This document shows positions 57,029 through 64,000 of a stretch of 64,000 bases of DNA, in pieces. The translations under genes were made by a program, and so were the position numbers. This DNA comes from Thermotogota bacterium (GTDB taxonomy: Bacteria; Bipolaricaulota; Bipolaricaulia; UBA7950; UBA9294): contig JBDKUT010000163.1 of the NCBI GenBank assembly GCA_039679545.1, forward strand, positions 17,997 through 81,996, written 5' to 3'. The notes beneath the pieces are model-generated. The model did no database searches. It was not told the origin of the DNA and saw only the letters and a program-made list of their open reading frames with translations. Position 1 is the first letter of the stretch. Each line of letters begins with the position of its first letter.

Positions 57029-58957
57029 CTACTCGGCCTTCGTTGCGAGCGCCTCCCACTCGCGGTAGTTGGCCTCGAGATCGGCCGTCACGGCCTTGTG
57101 CTCCACGCCAAGCGATGCGATTCGTTGGCCGTTCCCCGCTTCGCTTTCCGTCACAAGGTCCCGCTCGATCTCGCCGAGCCGCCTCTCAAGCTCCTCGATC
57201 GAACGCTCGATCGCGGTTCGCGCATCGTCGAGCCGCTTCTGCTCGTACTTGTCGAGCTTCCTCGGGCGTACATCCGACGCCTCGTTCGACCGATCCGGCT
57301 TCTCGCCTCGCCGTTCCGACGCACCGGACGAAGCCGCCGGACGGCCTTTCCCGGCGACGGCGTGTCGCGACTCTTCACTGCGCCGTCGGTACTCGGCATA
57401 TCCGTACGACGAAACCGACAGCCGGCCGTCCTCGACCCGCCAAAGCTGCGTCGTGACGGCCTCCAGAAGGGCGCGGTCGTGCGAGACGAGGAGAACCGTG
57501 CCGTCGTACTCTTGAAGCGCCTGCTCGAGGATCTCCTGGCTCGCGAGGTCGAGGTGATTCGTCGGCTCGTCAAGCAAGAGAAGGTTCCCCTCCATCAGCG
57601 AGAGGAGGGCGAGGGCGATCCGACTTCGCTCGCCGCCCGAGAGGGCCTTCGCCTTCTTCTCGACCTCGTCGCCCGAGAAGAGGAAGGCTCCGAGCAGGCC
57701 GCGGGCTTCACTGATCGTGAGCGAACTCCTGCCGAGGATCGTCTCGAGGACGGTTCGGTCGCCGTGGAGCCCTTCTTGCGTCTGCGAGTACACGGCGACC
57801 CGCACGCCGTGGCCAAGCTCCGCCGCCCCTCGAAGGGGCACCAACTCGCCGGTGATCGTGCGCAGAAGCGACGTCTTTCCGCACCCGTTCGGCCCTACGA
57901 CGGCAACCTTCTCCCCGCGGTAGAGCTCGACGTCGCCGCACTCGATGAGCGGCCGGTCGAAACCGACCGCGAGGTCGGACAATGACAGGACGCGCTTCCC
58001 ACTCGCCGTCCCCGCACGGATTCGGAGCGAGATCCGCTTGGCCTCGCGCGGCCGCTCGATCCGCGCCTCTTCGATCCGCTCGAGCTTCTTCTCGCGGTCC
58101 TTTGCCTGGCGGTGTTTCTGCCCCATTTTGTGGCGGCGGATGAAGTCCTTGTACTTCTCGATCGTCTCTTCCTGCGTCACGAAGGCTTCGAGGAGCTTCT
58201 CCCGTTCCGCGTCGCGCGCCCCGCGCGACGCCTCGTACCCAAGCCGGTAGATCGTGACCTGGCCGAAGGCCACCTCCCACGTCCGGTTCGCGACGCGCTC
58301 GAGGAGGTGCCGGTCGTGGGAGACGAGGACCAGAGCGCCCGAGAAGCTGAGGAGCTGTTCTTCGAACCAGTCGAGGGCCGCGAAGTCGAGGTGGTTCGTC
58401 GGCTCGTCCAGGAGGAGGACGTCGGGATTCTCGAGAAGGACGCGGGCGAGGGCCGCTCGCGCCTCCTCCCCTCCGGACAGAATCTCGACCGGCTTGTCGA
58501 GCTCGTCCTCGCCGAATCCGACGCCGGCCAACGCCGCGCGCACGGCGGCGTCGATCTCATAGCCCCCCTCGGCGTCAAACCGGTGGAGCAGGTCGTCGTA
58601 GCGATGGACGGCGTCCGGCGACGCGCCGGAGCCCAGCTCGACCTCAAGGGTGCGCAGCTCTGCCTCCATCGCCCGCAGCGGCGCGAACGCTTCCTCCATC
58701 GCCTGCCGAAGCGTTCCCGATCCGCGCAGCCGTGCCGTCTGCGGCAGGTAGCCGACGCGGACCGGCCCGATCCGTCGGACGACGCCGCCAGATGGGCGTT
58801 CCTCCTCCGCGAGGAGCTTGAGGAGGGTCGATTTCCCGACGCCGTTGTCGCCGATCAACGCAATCCTGTCCCCGCTGGCGATCTGCCCCGAGAACGGCGC
58901 GAACAGGGTATCGACCCCATACGCCTTCGTGAGCTGCTCGACTTGGATGAGGGACAT
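57029..58957 (-). CDS. ABC-F family ATPase (third paralog, 642 aa)
   Basis: GDNGVGKSTLL / LSGGEEARAAL and GPNGCGKTSLL / LSGGERSRIAL; C-terminal Arg/Lys-rich coiled coil. Confidence 0.9.
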   Translation of the reverse strand: MSLIQVEQLTKAYGVDTLFAPFSGQIASGDRIALIGDNGVGKSTLLKLLAEEERPSGGVVRRIGPVRVGYLPQTARLRGSGTLRQAMEEAFAPLRAMEAELRTLEVELGSGASPDAVHRYDDLLHRFDAEGGYEIDAAVRAALAGVGFGEDELDKPVEILSGGEEARAALARVLLENPDVLLLDEPTNHLDFAALDWFEEQLLSFSGALVLVSHDRHLLERVANRTWEVAFGQVTIYRLGYEASRGARDAEREKLLEAFVTQEETIEKYKDFIRRHKMGQKHRQAKDREKKLERIEEARIERPREAKRISLRIRAGTASGKRVLSLSDLAVGFDRPLIECGDVELYRGEKVAVVGPNGCGKTSLLRTITGELVPLRGAAELGHGVRVAVYSQTQEGLHGDRTVLETILGRSSLTISEARGLLGAFLFSGDEVEKKAKALSGGERSRIALALLSLMEGNLLLLDEPTNHLDLASQEILEQALQEYDGTVLLVSHDRALLEAVTTQLWRVEDGRLSVSSYGYAEYRRRSEESRHAVAGKGRPAASSGASERRGEKPDRSNEASDVRPRKLDKYEQKRLDDARTAIERSIEELERRLGEIERDLVTESEAGNGQRIASLGVEHKAVTADLEANYREWEALATKAE

Positions 58958-59047
58958 GGCTCCGGATGGTACGACAACCCCGGAACTCCGGGTAGCCTCG
59001 CTTCCTCACGCACCCCCCCTGTGCTAGCATGCGGAGGTGACAGGGAG

Positions 59048-60064
59048 ATGAAGGAAGCGACGCTCTACGATCACGGTCGAGACAACGCGGTGCACTGCCG
59101 CCTGTGCGCTCACGGGTGCACGATCGCCCCCGGATCCCGAGGGCTGTGCGGCGTTCGCGAGAACGACGACGGAACGCTCTACGCGCTCAGCTACGGGCGA
59201 CTGGTCGCCCGCGACGTCGACCCGATCGAGAAGAAGCCGATGTTTCACTTCTACCCGGGGTCGCGCGCCTACTCGATCGCCACCGTCGGCTGCAACTTCA
59301 CGTGCCAAAACTGCCAGAATCACTTCATCTCGCAGTACCCGCGCCAGCACGACGGCCGCCTCGTCGGCGACGCGGCCGAGCCCGACGAGATCATCGAGGA
59401 GGCGGTCCGGACCGGTTGCCGATCCATCGCCTACACCTACACGGAGCCCACGATCGCGCTCGAGTTCTACCTCGAAGTCATGCGGCACGCGAGGACCGCC
59501 GACCTCGCCAACGTCTGGGTGTCGAACGGCTACTTCTCGCACGACGCCGCCGACCTCCTCCTCCCCTGGCTGGATGGGATCAACATCGACCTCAAGGGCA
59601 TCTCGGACGAGTTCTACCACCGCGTGATCGGCGGCAACGTGCGCCCCGTCCTCGACTCCATCGAGCGCGTTCACGAAGAGGGCGTGTGGGTTGAGGTCAC
59701 GACCCTCGTGATTGCGGGGCTCAACGACTCGGACGACGCGCTCCGCTGGACGGCCGAAGCCATCGCGGGGATCTCGCCGTCGATTCCGTGGCACGTTAGC
59801 CGGTTCTTCCCAGCGTTTCGGATGATCCAGCACGCTCCGACGCCGCTGGAGACGCTTGAGCGAGCGCGCCGCATCGGCCTCGATGTCGGGCTTCACTACG
59901 TTTACATCGGCAACGTCCCCGGCGAGGGAGAAGAAACCCACTGCCCGTCGTGTGGCGCCGTCGTCGTCCGACGCAGGGGGTACTTCGTGTGGGAGAACCG
60001 CCTCGCCGGCGGCACGTGCCCGTCATGCGGCGCGCCCGTCGATGGGGTCTGGGACACAACCTAG
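59048..60064 (+). CDS. AmmeMemoRadiSam-system radical SAM enzyme (PflA-like)
   Basis: N-terminal Cys cluster (CRLCAHGC...C) and CNFTCQNCQN radical-SAM motif; C-terminal CPSCG...CPSCG. Confidence 0.8.
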   Translation: MKEATLYDHGRDNAVHCRLCAHGCTIAPGSRGLCGVRENDDGTLYALSYGRLVARDVDPIEKKPMFHFYPGSRAYSIATVGCNFTCQNCQNHFISQYPRQHDGRLVGDAAEPDEIIEEAVRTGCRSIAYTYTEPTIALEFYLEVMRHARTADLANVWVSNGYFSHDAADLLLPWLDGINIDLKGISDEFYHRVIGGNVRPVLDSIERVHEEGVWVEVTTLVIAGLNDSDDALRWTAEAIAGISPSIPWHVSRFFPAFRMIQHAPTPLETLERARRIGLDVGLHYVYIGNVPGEGEETHCPSCGAVVVRRRGYFVWENRLAGGTCPSCGAPVDGVWDTT

Positions 60065-60391
60065 CGCCCCCGAGCCGTGACGATCCGACACTGCAGAGTG
60101 CCCCCCAAGGGAAGGCCGAAACAACGGGTTTCCGGGGTTGCGAAGACTCCACGCCCGGCCTGATGCGCTGTCTGTCGACCCTCCGCGGACGGGAAGCGGG
60201 CCGATCTCACCGCAGAGCGCGCGGAGCTACGCACAGGAAAAGACTGGCAAGAGACGGAATCGCGGCTGTTGGACAGGGCAAGCAACGCTTGAACCTCCGC
60301 GCAGATCCTTGGGATGCTGGTCGACGATCTGGCTTTCCTCCGCGCTCTTAGCGGCCTCTGCGGTGATCGGCTTCTGACAGAAAAGGACGGC

Positions 60392-60814
60392 CTACCGCAT
60401 GCGGAGCTGGACGCGGCGGGAGCCGTCGTCGAGGAGCTCGATCTCCACGAGCGCGTCGCTCGCTTCGACCAGGCCATCAATTCGCTCCGGCCACTCCACG
60501 ACCGTGACGCCGCGATCCGGCGGGAGATAGGCGTCGAGGCCCACCTCGGCCAGTTCCGCAAGCGACCCCACGCGGTAGGCGTCCACGTGGTGCAGAGCCA
60601 GGCGCCCCTTGTACTCGCGAGCGAGCACGTAGCTCGGCGAGACGACAACGTCGGTGATCAAAAGCCCCTTGGCGATTCCCTTCACGAACGTCGTCTTCCC
60701 CGACCCGAGCGGGCCGACGAGAGACACCAGCTGACCGTCGCGAAGTCGGGAAGCCAGCTCCTCTCCGACGGCCTCCATTTCCGACGCGTCGTGGGCGATG
60801 ATCGTCTTGTTCAT
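60392..60814 (-). CDS. tsaE: tRNA threonylcarbamoyladenosine biosynthesis protein TsaE
   Basis: GPLGSGKTTFVKG P-loop, ~140 aa. Confidence 0.85.
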   Translation of the reverse strand: MNKTIIAHDASEMEAVGEELASRLRDGQLVSLVGPLGSGKTTFVKGIAKGLLITDVVVSPSYVLAREYKGRLALHHVDAYRVGSLAELAEVGLDAYLPPDRGVTVVEWPERIDGLVEASDALVEIELLDDGSRRVQLRMR

Positions 60815-63186
60815 GCCGAGCGCACGTGCACGTCGATCTCGCCGAGCCGTCTCGCGAGACGTTCGACGATCTCGGCGACCTCGGCGTCGGTGAGGGTGCG
60901 ATCCGAGACGCGCAATGAAAGCTCGTATGTTAGGCTCTTTCGCCCTTCGCCAACCTGCTCGCCTGCGTAGAGGTCGTAGAGAAGAATCGACTCAACCGCG
61001 GACTCCGAGGCGAGGACGGCGCGTACGCGCGCTTCTTCAACCTCGACGGGGACGGTGAGGGAGAGGTCTCTCTTCGCCGCCGGCAGCTGAGGAATCGGCG
61101 CGTAGCGCGCCGGACGATCGACTGTCAGAAGTGCAGCGAGTCCAAACTCGAAGGTGTAGACCGTCGTCGAGATGGCAAACCGATCCGCGAGGTCCGGGTG
61201 GAGCTCCCCGAAGGTTCCGACCGACCGGCCGCCGTGGGTCCAAACGCCGCTGCGTCCCGGGTGGAGGTACGGAGGCGTGCCGTCGGCGACAACGCCCATC
61301 CCGTCGAGGCCGAGGCACTCAAACAGACGATCGAGGAGGCCCTTCGCGGCGGAGAAGGAGACGCGTTCCTTGCCCGACAAGGGAAGTCCCGTTCGCCCGA
61401 ACAAGGCTCCTCCGAGCGCGTTCGTCTCGCCTCGGGCCACCGAGAAGATCCGCCCCAACTCGAAGATCATTCCTCCGTCCACGCCGCGACGGAGGTTCGT
61501 CTCGACCGTCGCAAGGAGCCCCGGGAGGAGGCTCCCACGCAGCGCGTCCTGGCCAGCCGCCATTGGGTTCCGCACCTTGACCAGGTCCTCTTCGGGGATC
61601 GAAAGCACCTCTCTCCAAGAGCGCTCGTCGAACCCGGGGTTCACGACCTCGTCCATCCCGAGGCCCACGAGCGCGCGGCGAACCCGGTCCTTGCCGACCT
61701 CAACCTCGTCCTTCCGCCCTACCCGCACGGCCCCGCGCGGCGCTGCCGACTCGAGCCGGTCGTAGCCGTAGATGCGGCCGACCTCCTCGATCAGGTCAAC
61801 CTCGCGCTCCAGATCGGGCCGGAACGACGGGATCTCGGCAGTCACGTCAGCCGAGGCTCCCCGCCCCTTCTTCGCCGGGATCTGGAGTCGCCGAAGAAGG
61901 TCGACAACCTCCTCGGCTCCGATCTTCATCCCGAGGAGGGCGCGCGCCCGTTCGGGCCGAAGCGCCACGGTCCGTGGGGCCACGGGAGCGGGGTACGCGT
62001 CTTCCAGCCCCGCGACCACGCGACACCCGGTCAGCATCTGCATCCAGTGCGCCGTGCGCGCCGCGACGAGAGGGATTCCCTCCGGGCCGACGCCGCGCTC
62101 GAACCGGTGTGACGCCTCGGTTTGAAGTCCCACGGAACGCGACGACTGTCGGATCGTCTGGTGGTTGAACGTGGCGACCTCAAGGAGAATGCGCTGGGTC
62201 TCGCTGCGGATCTCGCTCTCCTCCCCTCCCATGACCCCGGCGAGGGCGATCGGCCGTCCGCCGTCGGTGATGAGAAGCGCCCTCGGGTCGAGCGCTCGCT
62301 TGACCCCATCGAGGGTTCGGAACGACTCGCCTTGCCGCGCCCGGCGAACGAGGATCGTCTTCCCGAGGAGGTCAGCGTCAAACGGGTGGATCGGGTGCCC
62401 AAGTTCGAGCATCACGTAGTTCGTCACGTCGACGGCGTTCGACACCGGGCGCATTCCGGCTTTGATGAGCCGATGCTGGATCCGGAGCGGCGACGGCCCG
62501 ACGGTCACCCCGTCCATGCAGCGCAGGGCATAACGCGGCGTGTCGTGGGGATCCTCGATCTGGATCTCGATCCGATCGGAGGCCCGCGTCTCTTCGCAGG
62601 ACACATCCAGCGGACGTAGCGGCCGGTCGAGCACGGCGGCCACCTCGCGCGCCACACCGTAGACCCCGAAGCAATCCGTCCGGTTCGACTTCACCTTGAT
62701 GTCGAGGACGTAGTCGTCGTATTCGAGCAGCTCCGAAAGGTCCGCGCCGATCGTGAGGCCGAGGCGCTCGTCGAAGATCCAGATCCCGTCGGACTTCTCC
62801 TCGAGGCCCAGCTCGGTCTTCGAACAGATCATCCCGTTCGAGACTTCGCCGCGTACCTTCCGTTTCGCAATCCGGAAGCCGGAGGGAAGCTCCGCGCCGA
62901 TGCGGGCGAGCGGGACCATCGCGTCAACGCGTACGTTGGCTGCGCCGCAGACGACGTCGAGTGCCTCCGCGCCGACGTCCACGCGGCACAGCGACAGATG
63001 GTCGGAGTCCGGGTGAGGGCGGCACGCCACGACGCGTCCCACCACGACACCGGAAAGCGTCCCCGTGGGCCGGATCTCTTCGACCTCAAGCCCCGCCAGG
63101 GTCAGCCGCTCCGCGAGCCGGTCGATCTCCGGTCCGCTCACCTCAAGGTCGACGTAGTCGCTCAGCCATCGACTCGGAATCCCCAT
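60811..63186 (-). CDS. pheT: Phenylalanine--tRNA ligase beta subunit
   Basis: tRNA-binding N-domain, B3/4 and B5 regions, C-terminal FDX-ACB-like domain; 791 aa; ATGA overlap with tsaE. Confidence 0.9.
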   Translation of the reverse strand: MGIPSRWLSDYVDLEVSGPEIDRLAERLTLAGLEVEEIRPTGTLSGVVVGRVVACRPHPDSDHLSLCRVDVGAEALDVVCGAANVRVDAMVPLARIGAELPSGFRIAKRKVRGEVSNGMICSKTELGLEEKSDGIWIFDERLGLTIGADLSELLEYDDYVLDIKVKSNRTDCFGVYGVAREVAAVLDRPLRPLDVSCEETRASDRIEIQIEDPHDTPRYALRCMDGVTVGPSPLRIQHRLIKAGMRPVSNAVDVTNYVMLELGHPIHPFDADLLGKTILVRRARQGESFRTLDGVKRALDPRALLITDGGRPIALAGVMGGEESEIRSETQRILLEVATFNHQTIRQSSRSVGLQTEASHRFERGVGPEGIPLVAARTAHWMQMLTGCRVVAGLEDAYPAPVAPRTVALRPERARALLGMKIGAEEVVDLLRRLQIPAKKGRGASADVTAEIPSFRPDLEREVDLIEEVGRIYGYDRLESAAPRGAVRVGRKDEVEVGKDRVRRALVGLGMDEVVNPGFDERSWREVLSIPEEDLVKVRNPMAAGQDALRGSLLPGLLATVETNLRRGVDGGMIFELGRIFSVARGETNALGGALFGRTGLPLSGKERVSFSAAKGLLDRLFECLGLDGMGVVADGTPPYLHPGRSGVWTHGGRSVGTFGELHPDLADRFAISTTVYTFEFGLAALLTVDRPARYAPIPQLPAAKRDLSLTVPVEVEEARVRAVLASESAVESILLYDLYAGEQVGEGRKSLTYELSLRVSDRTLTDAEVAEIVERLARRLGEIDVHVRSA

Positions 63187-63210
63187 CGCCCGACTCCTTC
63201 GCGTCCCTTC

Positions 63211-63999
63211 CTACAGCGAGAACCCTACGTAGACGGCGGGAACCGGCTCACCGGTGACCGGCACGGCAACTCCGACGCGAACAGAGAGGGAGACGAGCCC
63301 GCCCAACGTAGAGAGGTCGAACGCCTCTTCGATCCCGGCCTCTACGCTGGGGGACGTTGTACCGAATCGATCGACGCTTGTCCAACCCACGCCGCCGGCA
63401 ACGTAGACGCGCAGGCTTTGTCCGTCAATCATCGCCAGGTTGAATACGTTGTACGGAAGCCCTTCTGCCGATGGGAACTCGAGTTGGAGGCTTGCCGAGA
63501 GCTTGTTCGGCGCCGGCGCCGGCGCCATGGACACGAGCTCGTTGAAGTCAAAGAGGAGGCTCTGCGGGACGTCTCCCGAACTGAAGCCGAGGAACCCGGT
63601 CCCCTGAAGGTACATCCCCGGGAAGACTCGCAGCTCATCAAACGCCGTGAGGGAGAGGCGCGCGGACCCTCCCGAAACGAGGTCCACGGCCGCCGCGGCG
63701 ATCCGGCTCGTCGTCACGGACGGCAACCGGACGGCCGCCAACCGCGCGACGTAGAACGGTTCGCCCTGGGAAACGAGCCGATACGCCGAGCCGGTGATCG
63801 TGAGCGCGGCGTCCCACGTGGTCCCGGGCGCGCCAGTTTCGATCGGCTCGTAGCGCGTGACGGCGTAGGCGAAACTTCCAACAAGCCCCGCCGACGAGAG
63901 CGCCGCGGCGGCGGAGATTTCAACGTCGCGCCCTTGCCGCACGACGACGGCCGCCGAGGTTTCCTCGAGGTCGAGCTCGAACCGATCGAGACGAGACAA
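63211..63999 (-). CDS. Hypothetical protein, C-terminal part (ORF runs off window end)
   Basis: High-GC3 ORF without recognisable motifs; occupies the position where pheS would be expected but lacks PheS motifs. Confidence 0.4.
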   Translation of the reverse strand: MSRLDRFELDLEETSAAVVVRQGRDVEISAAAALSSAGLVGSFAYAVTRYEPIETGAPGTTWDAALTITGSAYRLVSQGEPFYVARLAAVRLPSVTTSRIAAAAVDLVSGGSARLSLTAFDELRVFPGMYLQGTGFLGFSSGDVPQSLLFDFNELVSMAPAPAPNKLSASLQLEFPSAEGLPYNVFNLAMIDGQSLRVYVAGGVGWTSVDRFGTTSPSVEAGIEEAFDLSTLGGLVSLSVRVGVAVPVTGEPVPAVYVGFSL

Positions 64000-64000
64000 G

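Noticed and set aside
58112-59047. N-terminal extension of the radical-SAM ORF
   Set aside because: Antisense to the ABC-F gene 57029..58957. Radical SAM homology starts at MKEATLYD (59048).
60065-60391. 327-bp gap examined for tRNA / RNase P / SRP / small ORF
   Set aside because: No T-loop GGTTCGAATCC-like motif, no RNase P or SRP conserved blocks. Candidate small ORFs are Arg-rich and lack RBS.
63211-63999. Tested whether the ORF upstream of pheT is pheS
   Set aside because: No class-II aaRS motifs (for example FPFTEPS). Kept only as a low-confidence hypothetical CDS.
1-64000. Searched for CRISPR arrays, rRNA, tRNA, IS/transposase or integrase genes
   Set aside because: No evenly spaced direct repeats. 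No rRNA/tRNA-like conserved segments. No DDE transposase or tyrosine-recombinase motifs recognised.

Overview
This is a high-GC (about 67%) bacterial chromosomal segment with strong Shine-Dalgarno sites and dense coding on both strands. I could not assign a lineage from the sequence alone.

I support about 60 protein-coding genes. They include three ABC-F family ATPases, a MATE efflux pump, a class III adenylyl cyclase with TPR repeats, bacterioferritin, and a DNA-repair cluster (GNAT, Fpg/Nei, Nudix, UvrD-like helicase). A MarR-controlled pair of ABC exporters is followed by a secreted protein plus ABC ATPase plus FtsX permease module. There is a TetR, small secreted protein, MMPL transporter, LolA-like cluster. 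Other genes include an EFR1-type ferredoxin, YggS, an AmmeMemoRadiSam radical SAM enzyme, TsaE and PheT.

The most striking structure is a tandem pair of paralogous, LacI-associated family-5 peptide-type ABC uptake operons (21.0-26.8 kb and 27.1-34.3 kb). A near-identical sigma70 promoter, LacI-type palindromic operator and 5' leader precede each operon. This regulatory DNA is more conserved between the copies than the coding sequence is.
- Copy 2 is intact: LacI, SBP, two permeases, a class-III aminotransferase and a pfkB kinase.
- Copy 1 is decaying: the LacI is reduced to its HTH, the aminotransferase has a roughly 1.3 kb internal deletion, and the kinase has lost its start codon and carries a frameshift. 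Its transporter genes remain intact, and it has gained a PHP-domain gene and a 390-bp insertion between the permease genes.
- Neither operon encodes an ATPase subunit.

Other notable items:
- a decayed ferredoxin plus aldehyde:ferredoxin oxidoreductase pseudogene
- a low-GC lipoprotein islet flanked by diverged direct repeats, each copy holding the 5' end of the neighbouring gene
- a textbook promoter and palindromic operator upstream of the TetR gene
- an Fpg homolog whose catalytic Pro2 is replaced by Phe
- several uncharacterised cysteine-rich and repeat proteins

I found no rRNA, tRNA, CRISPR array or transposase.
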